A DNA stretch of 64,000 bases, taken from contig MU058844.1 in assembly GCA_013265495.1 (NCBI GenBank), positions 6,199,260 to 6,263,259 on the forward strand, read 5' to 3'. Position 1 is the stretch's first letter; the number at the start of each line of letters is the position of its first letter. Of this stretch, positions 39,105 through 51,970 are shown in pieces. The notes beneath the pieces are model-generated. The model was not told the origin of the DNA. It saw nothing but the letters and a program-made list of their open reading frames with translations, and made no database searches. Position numbers and translations under genes: made by a program. This DNA is from Vicugna vicugna (lineage: Eukaryota).

Positions 39105-40124
39105 ATTATAAGACATAAAAGTGGTCAGAAATAAAGGGAAACAAGTTCACATTACTGCAACATCTATGCTATTCATGTGTTCACACACCATAGTATTACT
39201 TTAGTTTATTTAAGACACTCTACCAGCAGCCTTGGAAGTGATAACATACATCTACATATTGACCTAACCAAAGCTTCGCTCTGACAAAGAAAAAAAATAT
39301 TCAGCAAGTATTTTTTCCAGGTATACTTGCTAATTCCTAATGTTTTAGAACTAAAAGAAAAAGTCTGTTGAAAGGACCATTTTTAAAAAATTGACTCATT
39401 TTTACTCTCTGACAACATGAACCCTATAAATGACAGAAACCTATGAAGCGGCTTCCGACTATGCAGATACATTCAAAAGGCTGGGATAAGGTGGAAAAAA
39501 TTATCCAATTAAAAAAAAAAGAAGAATAAAAGAAAAGACTGTCTAGTTTTAGTACCGTTGAGGTTGATGGTTAAGTTAATGTTCAAAGACTTCATCAGTG
39601 TGAAACAGAGTTAAGATATTCAGTCATTTAACAACTTGAAACTCTAGAATGGTCTCTATCATTTATACATTTTTATTGTCAAAGTTTAAATGACGAATTT
39701 TTCACAAATTTAATACATGACAGAGGAGAAGGTGAGTTGAAGAATAAGTCCACAGTTTCTTAATATATTAAACCAGTTTTTCAATTGTTTTTTCACAAGC
39801 TGAAGACTACTAATACCTACCAATTTGCATTTGTGGTTTCTGGAGCCCTTCTGATTACTCTGTATCATTTTGAGGCATTAAAACCTCGCCCCGTTCTGCC
39901 TCCACCCCAGCTCTGCCATCATTTTTTTCCTCTCTAAAATGTAAAAATTAGAAAGCTCTTTCCTAGAAAAACTGCAATGGAGAAACTTAGCGGCTCCTTG
40001 CTAAGTATGTTAAAGGATAAAAGCAAAGTGATCTAGCATGTACGTGTTTATTAGCAACGATTTAAAGAAGACTCACTGTAAAAATATTAATGCTTCTCAC
40101 CAATGGACATCCTTCTATGCTGAT

Positions 40125-40285
40125 AAAGACTTTATGTGCTGATCATCTGCTGCATGCTTTACAGACATTGTACAACTGAAGCCTCACCAACACCTTCCAA
40201 GACTGCATGTTGTAATCACAATTTTACAGATGAGAAAAATGAGGCTTGTTAAGGTTAAGTAATTTGCTTAAGATAAATAAGTAGA
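40125..40285 (-). mobile_element. MIR (antisense)
   Basis: 'caattttacagatgagaaaaatgaggcttgttaaggttaagtaatttgcttaag'. Confidence 0.8.
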
Positions 40286-41333
40286 TAGTACCATAAACAT
40301 CCTCTGGAACTATCCAAAGGGAAGGACAAATAAAATGTAAAAATGGCTCCTCCCTTCCAGGATTTACCATAGTCTATACAGCGCTGTATATAGTGCTATT
40401 TTAGTTCAAGTGAATAATCTCTGAAAACTTCCTCTTCTCCTTGGCAGCCCTTGTATCATCATTATCCTCATAATTTATCTCACTACTTTCTAACTGAAAC
40501 TGAGTAAAACTGGGGATTTGCCTCAGTATCCTTCAGTGTTACAATTCTATTTATACATTTTCATATATTTTCACCACTTAAATAGGGGCTTCCAGTTTAA
40601 GACCCACTTATCTTTTTATACCTTGAATTCTACTTATATATGGTTATTATGATTTTTTAATGGTACCATTTCTCCTCCCTGTAAGTCCTGGTACTTGCTA
40701 ACCACCATTTTACTACTTTGGGCAGGGTATTTAAAAGTAAAAATTATCTTCCTCCAAAATCCTGGCCATATCTTCTTCTGAAGAATATGTCTGTTTTTAA
40801 GTAGTCATGAACCAGAATAATAAATCTTAAGTATAACCAGAGCCATCATTAAAAGTTAATTTATGTAAGTGGAGAGGGTCAAGAGGAAGACCAGATCGAG
40901 TGAGAAGGTGCAGGACAGTGAGTGGCTGGGCTGTTTAACTGGCAGAAAGAGAGGCTACAGGTGGAAATGGAGTTGTTCCCGTGAGAGATACAGTGCAGCC
41001 CAAACGCCTCCTTTGTGGCAAGAGGCACTCTGCTCTTCTGTCTGCAGCAACAAAGAGTTGGAGACCCCAATGGAGGCATTCACCTGCTTGTTACTGTTTG
41101 CCTACATTATAATGTGCAATATTATACCACTGTATAATTATATATATCTCACTGTATAATTATCTCAGATTCAACAGTACAACACACAGCTAAGTTTCTG
41201 AAACAAAGTGAAATATTTTAGTCTTTGTAAGCAGTCCAGTAAATCGTGAAACAAATCATGGCTCTTTGTTCCTGCGTCAAGGAAAAATCAATCCACTGCC
41301 TTGTAGGAAACTGAAAACAAAACTAACCCAGGA

Positions 41334-41347
41334 GTGCCATCTAGTGG
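41334..41347 (-). promoter_or_regulatory. CTCF core motif (reverse orientation)
   Basis: Minus strand reads CCACTAGATGGCAC, 14/14 to CCASYAGRKGGCRS. Confidence 0.7.
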
Positions 41348-42177
41348 AAAGATCTAGTATGGGCACAACAGGCTGCTAACTGTCCACAGGATTTTCTTAA
41401 AGTAAAATGAAGAAAATAAATTGGGGAGAGCCTGCTCTGTCCAGCAAAGGAAAGTCCTCGCTGATACCTAGCAGTTAAGGAGAGAAATTGAAACCTAGAG
41501 ACATGGCTGGCATTGCCTCTTCTCTCCCCTCACAGAAAATTTACTACTCAGCTTAAAAGCAGCGAAGGAGGAGGAAGAGGCCTGCTGTGTGTCTCAGGAG
41601 AGTCCTACCTGCTGTGCCTGACCTGGGGCAAGAAGGCCCATCATACCACACCCAGATTCCAGAGGGGGGTGGCGCTTACTGGGGTAACTACTAGGAGGCA
41701 GAAGAAACGAGAAGGAAAATAACCAGGAGTTGAAAATAATACAGTTCCCACAGGAGAATCTGACAGTGGTGTAGATGAACGTAGTAAAGTGAATTCTAGT
41801 AATGACTGTTAAGGGCTGTGCGAGAGAAAGGCTTGCCTGAGGGGAGCTTGCAAGTCCAGTGACTGCCCTTGGGGTGGGAGGTGAGGGGGCACTGGAATCC
41901 CAGGTATTCGCCTAAAACGCCTGCAAGGGGAAGGAGTCTGCCAAAGCCGTTGTGTGTAAGCTGAGTTTTCATTTGCTGAAGTGCCTATATTACTACGTAA
42001 AGTTGAGTACATTGGAAAAGAAGTGTGAGGCTTTTGCCAAACATTGTATTTACTTAAACTTGATCCAGACGGGTGGGAAAGGGGCTGTTTCTTGCCACTC
42101 TCTGGGTGGACTCCATAAGGAAACAGAGCCCAGAGTTTAGTACATCTAGATTTCACAGGCACGTATGAGAAACGGGG

Positions 42178-42283
42178 GATGCCAGGCCTCCTCTGCTGAG
42201 ACCTGGGGGTTGAGATGGGGTAGGACCCTGGGGTTTACATTTTAAAAACACCCCCAGTCTGACGCAGCTAGGGTGGGACCAAG
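42178..42283. mobile_element. MER5A-like fragment
   Basis: 'ggggtaggaccctggggtttacattttaaaaacacccccag...tctgacgcagc'. Confidence 0.5.
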
Positions 42284-43084
42284 AACAGAGAGTTACTTTC
42301 CGCCGAGTCAAGGGCAGGCGAGCTGAGACCACCTGTTTCCAAGGAAGCAAAAGGAACGCCGAGTGTCATGCTACTTAACATTTCTTTTATTTCCCCAAGT
42401 TGCAATTCTTATTAAATATAAGTTTTATTAGTCATTTGAGAGGCTTTTGAATGGCATCTCCATATTTTAAAAAGTACGTATGTCTCCTAAGGACCTATAA
42501 AGCGGAGAGAGTGGGGCAAATGTGCCAACAGCTTAGGAAAAGGAAACCCCTTAAGTGAGGGAGGCATTGCTAATAAGTGGGAAGGTTACGTTTTATTGAG
42601 AATACACATTTATGGTCACAGTTTTAAGTTTCGTTCAAGCAGCATGGCCAAGATTGAAGTTGATAATTAAATCCCCATTTTACAAAGATGTCAGTTTATT
42701 CAGTGGTTTTATGATTTAATTAATGACTAAGACATGGTATTTTAAGCACGAGTAGTTTTAGCAGTGAAGTACAGTTTAGATCACTGACTTGATGTTCCAG
42801 AGGGACAGCTCCCTCGTGAAACAGCGATTCACTCACTGTAAGGCTTCCTGGCGTTCCAGCCTGTTCTCTCGTCACACACTGTATTTTATGCCTCAGTCCA
42901 TGTGGTTTGCACGCAACTGTCTTAATAGCAGCTGCTTCCCAATCTACCTCCCACCAAACACACACATGTCCTGTCTTATAGACCTGGTTCTGTATTTGTG
43001 CCGAGACTGTTAGAGAGAAAAACTCCCACACGTGTCTCTACGAAGATGTGCCTCGTCTAATGAACACAGTGACTACCACCTGCC

Positions 43085-43091
<7 letters not shown>

Positions 43092-43121
<30 letters not shown>
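43092..43121. repeat. (CA)15 microsatellite
   Basis: Read directly. Confidence 0.95.
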
Positions 43122-43127
<6 letters not shown>

Positions 43128-43509
43128 AACCTGGAACTAATAAGAATTATGTAGTGGAAAAGGGAAAAAAGGATGCAGACCCTAAAGACATGCAAAAAGC
43201 TTTATTACACTGAGCTCTGGCCTGAGTGACCTCTGACAGAGATTTATTTTGGTGGAGAAGTGTGAGGACTCATCCCACACAGATGACTGGCTTTCCGCCT
43301 GCCAAGGAAAGCGAAAGGAAGAAAGGCGATGGGTCTGATCAGTAAGAATCCGGGGGGACAGAGTCAGAGCATCATGTAATACACTGTTCTGATCTAATAT
43401 CTGGTCAAAACTAAACACTTAAAAAGGATCACAAAATTCCTTAACAGGACACCCATTGGGTATACAGAGACTTTATAATAAAAACTCTTAAAAAGAGACA
43501 TCTCATCAA

Positions 43510-43728
43510 ATGTGAACCCTAATGTCCTAATGTAAACTATGGACTTTGGGTGACTATCAAGTGTCAATGTAAGTTCACCGGTTGTAACCAGTGTACTGCT
43601 GTGGTGGGGATACTGACAACGGGGGAGCTATGCATGTGTAGGGGCAGGAGATAAATGGGGAACCTCTACCTTCTTAACTTTGCTGTGAACCTAAAACCGC
43701 TCTGAAGTCTTTAATTAAAAAAATAAAC
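43510..43728 (+). mobile_element. L1MB/L1MC-type 3' end
   Basis: 'gtgaaccctaatgt...aaactatggactttgggtga...gggggagctatgcatgtgtaggggcagg...ttgctgtgaacctaaaaccgctct'. Confidence 0.85.
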
Positions 43729-45855
43729 AGACCTCTGCTAAGTCTATAGTTGGAACTAGGGTACCATACACACAGAGATCAAGAGAGAGACAAGAGACAT
43801 CGAGAGGCGGACAGAGAGAGACAGGCGTCGAGATGATGGAGAGAGAGAACGCACACGCAGAGCTCTGCGGCTCAGATCGGGCTGTGCGTTGAGAGGACAT
43901 TCAAGGATGAGCCGTGCTTTCAAGAAGCTTCTGCTAAACTGGGAAACAAGACTTAACCAATGAGACAATAAAGTAATACGAAATAGCATGTGATTAAATA
44001 GCAAAGCAAAACTGAATGCTGCTGGGGATAGGGCACTGTCCTGTGATCTAAAACCTGGAGATGTAAATTCTGACCTCAGCTCTGCAGTCATCAGCTGAGG
44101 CTGACAAGTCCACTTGAATTCTTCAGACCTCAACGAAAAGCTGAACTGCACGGTCTCTTAAAGTTCTTTCCCCTCTAAATTCTAAGGCTTTGATTTTAAA
44201 GATAATCAGACTAGGATGAGAACAAATGTGTTTTCAGAGGATATTTAGAGAAAATAGAGCTTGAAATGGGCCTTAAAACAAAAGTGGTTTCCAAAAAGTA
44301 TCCAAGAATGGCAAGGAAGTTATCCAAACATGGAAAAAGTAACACAATAAAAATGGAATATAGTGAATGGTACAGCCCGCCCACTTGACTGACTTCATCT
44401 GAGTAGACAGAAGATCCAGGTCAGAGACAGAAGTCAGATTATGAGGAGTTTTGGAAATCAGGGAAGGAATTTTGACAAACAACTCTAAAAGCCAATAGGA
44501 GAGACACAACTGGAAGGTAGCAGAAAGAACCGAATGCTAAGGAACTAGCTGTGGAAAGGAAGTGGAATAGAATTATATGCGGAATCAAAGTGATGCCTTA
44601 ATGAGACGTAGTTATTTACAAAAGGATTAACTGGTCAACAGTATGTTTTGAAAAATATATATAATTACATCAATTGAGGTTGATATACTGGTTCCAAGCT
44701 GCTCCCAAGCCAAAAAAGTCAAAATTTAAGACTGTTCTGTTTGCTTATTTTGTACATAAAAAATGGACTTTTACAATCAGTTGCACTTCTGCTCCCCAAA
44801 TACTGTGTTCATACACACAAGAGGCACTGGGACAGCCACTGGTATTGCCAAAATTATGGGAAAATAATGAAATAGAATAATTATTTACATTTTCTTAATA
44901 TTGACAATTAATATACATTTTTGTAAAAAAAAAAGTAACTTTAAAAAATGAATGTTTAACATAAGCACCAATTAAAACGTTGAAGTACATGAGACTATTG
45001 ATAGCCACATGATTACGGATGAAATGTTTCGTTCTGTAACCTAGAGTCTCACTTTAAATATCTTCAAATTGCCTGTGACTTCAAGTGTGAAAGGATCACC
45101 TTGTGTACATTTAAAAAGGGAAGCAGGAGAGGTTCTTGCCCTAATGCCACAGAAATGAGTAAAGTTTGGCCCACTCAGAGACAGCTCAGTGAAAAATGCC
45201 ATGTGCATGGATAGACTGTAAAAACAAAAAGAAGCAAGCCATAGAGAAACACAATTAATCTTATGCAGAGGAGCTAAGAGGAAATGTAAGAATTCAGCAC
45301 CTCCTCCATGTGAAAAACGACTAAGCCAAAACTGGTGAGTACCCGCTGTGCCACGTAGACAGGAAGCCACATGCACCTAAATCGTAGCAAGCTATTAAGT
45401 TAAATGTGCATTTACTCAATGGGTTGCTTCTGGATACAAGAAAGTAATACAAAACATGGGAAAGCTATGTGATGGGTTTTCATGGTCAATTTAGAGACAG
45501 CAAAGTCATCTCTGAAATGAACCCGTCAAATGTAAAACGATGGATAACAGTGCTCAGAGATTTAGATGAAAAACATTTTATCAGTAGCCTAAGACAGAGT
45601 CATAAATTATAAAGAATTAAATATTAAATATGTGATAATCAAAATGCTTCTCTTTAAGAAATTATCATAGTTTGTGTTGATTCTTATATCCTTATAAAAA
45701 TTCTAAACAATTCAGAGGGCAGTTTCATCAAATTTAATAAAACTTTAAACAGTAAACAACCAACCAGACTACTGCTACCTAGAAATAACCTTTTTATCAT
45801 TTGGTGAACATCATTATAAGTATGTTTTTATTTATTTATTAGATATAAACGGTTT

Positions 45856-46472
45856 CAGCTTTTTTGAGGTATAACCAACACACATTAAACTGCACTAATT
45901 TAAAATATATAATGTGATGAGTTTGATATATGAAGACACTGTGAATGAAAAATACTGCAGACCATACCAGTAAACAAAGACTGCTGAAACCATCAAGTCA
46001 TCAGCGGCTGCCGCCACCCCACACTGAGGACAGGTCGCAGCCCAGCCTCTGCAGCCACTCACAGTGGTGCCCTCAGAGGGGACTCAGAATAAGAAGGGAT
46101 AGGATACTGGCCCTAGATAGCTAGGTGCTTGTCAAAGGAATGAATTCAGTGAGCCCAAAAGTTTGCTTCCTCCCATACATTGAAAAGCACTAAATTCTTC
46201 AACTTGAGATGCCTGGTTTTCCTTAGTTGACAAGTAATCTTAATGTTCCAACTACCTGGTCTTTGTTGTAAAGCTCCTATATATCCTAGCTCCTCCCCTA
46301 CCTCTTCAGAGCAGTCCCTCAGAGAGATCTGAGAGGCTGTCATCCTGGGCTCTAAGGAGTTTGAGTCCTCAGAAATGTCCACCAAAAAAATCATAACTCT
46401 CAGCTTTTAGGCTGTGTGTTTATTTTAGTCAACAACACCCATGAAACTGTTACTACAATCAAGGAAATGATA
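45856..46472 (-). mobile_element. Old L1 (L1MB-like) 3' end, antisense, split by an LTR
   Basis: 'cagcttttttgaggtataa...aaactgcac...tgatgagtttgatatatgaagacac' resumes after the LTR as 'ccatgaaactgttactacaatcaag'. Confidence 0.7.
45940..46434 (+). mobile_element. ERV1 solo LTR with perfect 4-bp TSD
   Basis: TG...CA termini; ACAC at 45936-45939 and 46435-46438; TATA-like 'cctatatatcc' at about 46276. Confidence 0.9.
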
Positions 46473-46586
46473 TACAAAAAATTTGAATATGTATGTTCAT
46501 TATTTTGATTGTACATTTAGTAGACACAAAGATTTTTCTGTAAGCCTTCAAATTTTATCAGCCTTAAGATCCTAAAAAGTTGGTAT

Positions 46587-47213
46587 TGAGACAGGAAGGG
46601 GGCAGAGCACAACCACTTAAGGAATGCTACAGCAATTAACATCAAAATGGTGAAAGATTCAACCCTCAGTAGGCCTTGAGGCTCAAGATGATGGGAGATT
46701 TAACTTCTAGCAGATCTTGAGCTTCATTATATGCTCACTGTAATATATTAACATGGTGAATAACAGCCCCACTGGCACCATGGAAGTCCCAAGGCTAGCC
46801 ACAAAAGGTCAAAGGGTGGGAAATGGCCAACTTCCTGGGAATCCCAGCCCCTTCCCCAGACTAATTAGACTGGTCCTTCCACTTATTAGCATATGAAGTC
46901 ACTGAGCCCATAAAAACTAGGAACACAGTGCCTCGCAGCCGCCCCTCTCTCTCCCACTTTGGAGACGGGCTGCGCTCTGTCTATAGAGTGTGTACCTACT
47001 TTAATCTGAGCACCCAGCCCCCACACCTCGCGACCTTTCTCTTGCCTTTCAATGTATCTCTGAATAAATCTACCTTCACTCAACTGAGGCTTGCTCTTGA
47101 ATCCTTTTCCTGTCCGAAGCCAAGGACCCATACCTGGTGGGGCACGTCCTAGGGGCTCAACCAAAGCCTGGGACAAGGCCCTCCTCATGCCCCACATCCA
47201 TTTTCCTGCATCA
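46587..47213 (+). mobile_element. MER41-like ERV1 solo LTR with perfect 4-bp TSD, inserted in a MIR
   Basis: Starts 'tgagacagga', ends 'ttttcctgcatca'; GTAT at 46583-46586 and 47214-47217; MER41-type blocks 'cccactggcaccatg', 'ttagcatat...ccataaaaa', 'gctctgtctatagagt', 'aataaatctaccttcact', 'ccaaggaccc'. Confidence 0.85.
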
Positions 47214-47335
47214 GTATTATTCTTATACCCATTTTAAAATAAGAAAATTAAGGTGTAAACGGGTTAAGTAAATTCCCAAGGCCATACAAATAATAAGTGT
47301 TGATCTGAATTTCAACCTAAGCGTTCTAGAATATA
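47214..47335 (-). mobile_element. MIR (antisense), host of the MER41-like LTR
   Basis: 'tattattcttataccccattttaaaataagaaaattaaggtg...ggttaagtaaattcccaaggccataca'. Confidence 0.75.
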
Positions 47336-47834
47336 AACTATACATTTAAATAGGATCTGTATTTGTATATACTGATAGAAGTGGCAAACTGATACAATTC
47401 TTTTTACCAAAAAGTTAAACCCATGAAAATTATATTTTAAGTTAAAATAACTTTATTTTACTTAGATTTCAAAATATATAAACAAAGATAAAAATGAAGG
47501 AATCATAGAACTGGAAATAAATTTTCCTTCACCATTAAAGATATTATTTCTACAAGATCCCTTAAGTTTAAAAAAAAATAAATTCTTATAAACACTTAAC
47601 AGAATAAAGGGAAATTGTGCCTCACATTTGGTGTATTTAGCATCCCTTAGGGACTTAGGATGAAAATATTTAAATCTAACAGAAAGACTGTGTGAAATAT
47701 CGGTTGCACAAAAATCACCTTCTGGGAAGCTCTTTCTCCGGAAGGGAGTTTAACTGTGAGGCTGTAATGAGAGACCAGGGACAGTCAGAGAGAATGTGAC
47801 ATAAAACGTGTAGGAAGAAATTCTCAAATGTAGG

Positions 47835-48040
47835 TCGTGGTTAAAGTAGGGGACAATTTTGTGCCCCGGGGAACATTTAACAGGGTCTGGAAAAATTTCT
47901 GTTGTCATAACTTGAACCTTTCTGGCATCAGTGGGCAAAGAGCAGGGATGCTACTAAATATCGCACAGTTCACGGAACAGCCTCTTTGTTAACAATAAAG
48001 AACTATTTGGGCCCCAAAGCCGATGCCACTGCCGCTGACT
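47835..48040 (+). mobile_element. MER20 hAT-Charlie MITE
   Basis: 'ggggacaattttgtgccccggggaacattt...ttgtcataact...ctggcatcagtggg...cagggatgctactaaatatc'. Confidence 0.8.
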
Positions 48041-50749
48041 ATGTCTTGAGGGAGGAGAAGTCATGAGCAGAGCAAAGCCATGGGCAGAACAAAAGAGAGC
48101 AGGGACATTTAAGTGGTAGAAGCAGTGACAGTAAAAGCCGAAGCAGAGGCAGACTTAGTGACTGCCCGCAGTGGCAGAGATCTTGTGGAGAATAGAAACC
48201 TACTTCCTAGAAGACGACAGGGGTTGTCAGAGAAGAACCAAGTCTCCAGAATTATCCTGGACCCTGACTCACATTTGAGTTTCCCTCACAACCTGCTGGA
48301 GACATGTTTCCTGCTTTACTTAGCGGTGAAACAGAAATAAACGTCTCTCTCCTGCCATGCACTGAGCATGCCTTTTATTCTTTTTGAAAACTGCAGAAGC
48401 CTTAAAAGAATCTCCAAGCTTGATGAATTATATATTACAGTCCTATGATGTTCAGTATCAAATATACATATAATTTCTAAGAAGAGATTTCCTTAAAATC
48501 ATTCATTTATTTCACCAAAATGTGTTCAAGTTGTTTCCCACATATATTATTGTTCTCCTGTACATGATAAAATTAAACTTACAGAACTGGTACTGTCTGA
48601 TCCTTAAACAAGATCTTTAATAACTATTGAGTTAAATTAAGATCACTTAATATTAAAACAAAGAAAGATTACCATCTCCTACTATTATTAAAGAATGAGA
48701 CAAAAAGTCATATAAAACTCTTCACAATCCCAAACAAAAATTATTACTATTGTCTTGATATGAAATACAATGCTATAATTTCTAATATAAAGTTATAACA
48801 AAAGTCCATACTTTTAATATGGTATCACTTTTCTGACATTTCTGAAAGCCTGTGATGTAATTTTACAATTTTGGTAAATTAAATGCTTGAACAATCTCAG
48901 TCCTCCTTTTGAGATAAGTCTGCCAAACTCTTGCATATTGGTTTATGATAACCTACTATGGTAAGTTATTTCAAATACATTTAAAATTACAATTTAGTAT
49001 AATTATATCTAGCATCAGAAATTTTATTTTATTAATAAATCCTATTATGAGATGGCATCTCAATTATAATCTACCACTTATTAAATGTATGAACAAGAGA
49101 AAATTACATAATCTCTGTAAATTCTATAAAATGTGAATCATGGAGCCTATGTCTTAACTGTTAAAATAAATTGAAATAAAGCACATAAAGCATGTAACAC
49201 AGTACTTGACAAATGTTAAATGCTCATAAATGCCAATTATTATTGTTGTTGGTACTTGTATTATCATGACATCAGAAAAATAATTTTTATTTAGTCTAAA
49301 GTTTATTCAATGCAATAACAATAGCCACAAAGCTGTTTATTTGGGACTATGACTAATTTACTGAAGTTTTTTTCTAAACCTATGGCTTATTTTAAATTTG
49401 ACTCACCATATAAATTGGGTGGAAAAAAAAAAACCTTCCAAAAATTGAAAATAAGTGACCTAGTTTTAAATATCACTCCATTTACCACTGAAAGCTTGGG
49501 AAATGAAGGACCAAACCAGAACCAATTCTGACAACCCTTCCTTTCAGTCTGACAGCAGAGAAGAACTTGAGCCACAAAAGCGCAATTCTTAATGATGCTG
49601 GAAGTCAAATTCCATTTCCATATGACAGATAAAGGTGAAAGAGTGGTTGTCTCTAAAATTAAGATTTCCACAATAAAGTATTTATGAAGGTAATTTCTTC
49701 AAACACTGCAACAAATGAGGAAGGCACTGCCACTGATTACTATACTGGAGACAGAGAATAAGCACCCATTACTCCTAAGAGAAGACCTGAAAAACATTAA
49801 GTTAATTGCCATTGAAATGCCAACCCACGGGCTGAATTGGACTTCCAATTTTAGAAAATGAGTAAAAATCTGAGTAATACTACGGTGTCCACAGGGACCA
49901 TAGGTATAGCTCTAAAAATTTCCAACAGAAATATTGGGGATCAGGGGTTGAGGAGAGGCCTATGTAAGTTTAAACCTAACCTAAGAGTTAAATAATAAAG
50001 TTATTAGAGAAGACTTTTCATTTCTTTATGACTCCATTTCTTTAGTGTCCATTTTTGTTACCTAAAGAACCACAAAGAGAATTAAGATTTTTCTGATTTT
50101 AGCCAGAGGAAAACTGTGGCTTATTCAGATTATTTGGCAAGTCTAAGAAAAAGAAAAGGATTTTGGCCATTATGTTTTTGGACTGTTATTCCAGTATGAT
50201 GTTATTCCAACATGTTACAGCTCAGTGGTGTTTTTTGTTTTTTGTTTTTTATTTTTTTTGGAAGTACTCAGTTTCTTCTCATGGAAGAAAATTGTTCAGA
50301 ATGTTCAAAGTAATTGTCAGTCAATTATGTTATTTAAAATTTTTCAGAAGGTGCTTTCCTGAACAACTTAGCAATGTGGAAGAAAAGCTTAATTTCAAAC
50401 TCCAGATTAAGCTGTTATAGTTCTAAAAAATTTCAATCAGATCCAGAAAGATTGTATAATTCTTCTTTATTTGCAACAAAGATCTCTTAAGGAAGGTAGA
50501 TTTTGAACAGTGATCTCCCTGTGAAATGTAGACTGAATTAACTTGACAGGTCAAGTTAGAATCAAGGCCAGCTGCCCATGGCCCCTTTGTGTTTCTGTGT
50601 TTAAAGACAACATTATAAATTATGTGCTATAAAAACGATTTTGACTATCCAGAGGGAAAGAAAGGAAAGTATTTTGAATATTTCAAAGAGGGAAAATTAT
50701 TTTAATTTTTCTTTATATCTAGTGCTTGTTTTTAATTTATAGTCCATAG

Positions 50750-51970
50750 TCCATCAATAATCAATTTAATCATCCAAGTACTTTTGAGCCCCAAGTATAT
50801 GATCCATCACCTCTAATACTTTACATTCTAGTTGGCAATGGGAAAAAACACATACTCAATACAATAAGCAATCTATAAACAATAGGCTGAAATATAGCTG
50901 TTTGCAAAGTGCAAAAGTAACTTTGAAGATGGAACCAGTAGGTGTTTCTAGTAGAAGAAATGGTGTCTTAGAGAAGATGAATTTAATTTTGGTCTGATTA
51001 GAAAAATGAGTCATTCAGAGTCAGAGGGGAGAATGCATTCAGCTTATCGAAAAGAACTTCATTCATGCATTCATTCCAAATAGGTTTTGAGCACTTACCA
51101 CAGAAAAGCCCCGTTCCTGGTGCAGAGATACAACACAAAAATAAAGTACAACAAAAAAATAAAGTCCCTGTCCTCAAAGAGCTTAGATTCTAGTGGTGAG
51201 GGAGAAACAATGAACAGATAAACAAAAACACAGCATGTTAGTTGGTGAGATGTGCCCTGAAGTGCCAAGAAGTAAAAGGAAACAGTAAGGGAGTAGAGAG
51301 TGTCCTGCTGTTTCAGACAGTGTGGTCAAGGAAGGCCTCTCACATTAGGCAACACTTGAACATGCCTGAGGTGAGAGCGATCCATGTAGACAGTGTATGT
51401 GGATTTGAGCAAAGGAGAAGGGCAGGTGCAGAGACCCAGAGGTGGAAACACGTTTAGGCAGGCCTGACAAACAGATTGCACAGAAAAATGAAAAAGCTTG
51501 TGTAAGTTTAGTCTAGCTGAAGAGTGATCAAGACAGACTGGGGGAAAGGCTGGTAAATTTCAGGTAGCTGGAGAAGCATCTCTTCAGTTAGGAAAGGGAT
51601 CCGATCTTTGTCTTAGAAAGAAAACTGCTGGTAGTGCAGACAACCAGTTCACTTGAAGTGAAGAGACCAAATATGAGCCAGATCTGAGTCAAAGATGATC
51701 CAGGTAATGGAAGAGGAGGGCCTGAATTCTGATAGTGGTCATGGGATGGGACGAAATTTAGGAGGCAGAATTAGAAGCGTGGTCATGAACTGGACTTGCA
51801 GAAGGAGGGAGAAGGAATATCCAAAGAGGTTCTAAAATGTTTAGCCTTTACAACTGGGTGAGTGATGCTATTTACAAAAGTGTGAATGACTAAAGGAGAG
51901 TCATCCATGAAGAGAAAACAAGGGACAGGGTTGCACATAGTTAATTTGAGATTCCTAAAGGGCATCTAGA
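50750..51970 (-). mobile_element. L2 fragments (antisense, probably nested copies)
   Basis: 'ttcattcatgcattcattccaaataggttttgagcacttac...aagtccctgtcctcaaagagcttagattctagtgg', 'ggtcaaggaaggcctct', 'atttaggaggcagaatt'. Confidence 0.75.

Noticed and set aside
40375..40390. 16-bp perfect palindrome TATACAGCGCTGTATA
   Set aside because: About one such palindrome is expected by chance in a window of this size
41268..41283. Exact 16-mer GTTCCTGCGTCAAGGA repeated at 54995-55010
   Set aside because: An exact 16-mer pair is close to chance expectation in 64 kb and the flanks do not extend the match
43756..44151. 131-aa minus-strand ORF over a GA-rich, CpG-containing patch
   Set aside because: Low-complexity (GA)-rich sequence and repeat remnants suppress stop codons; too short for a CpG island; no homology recognised
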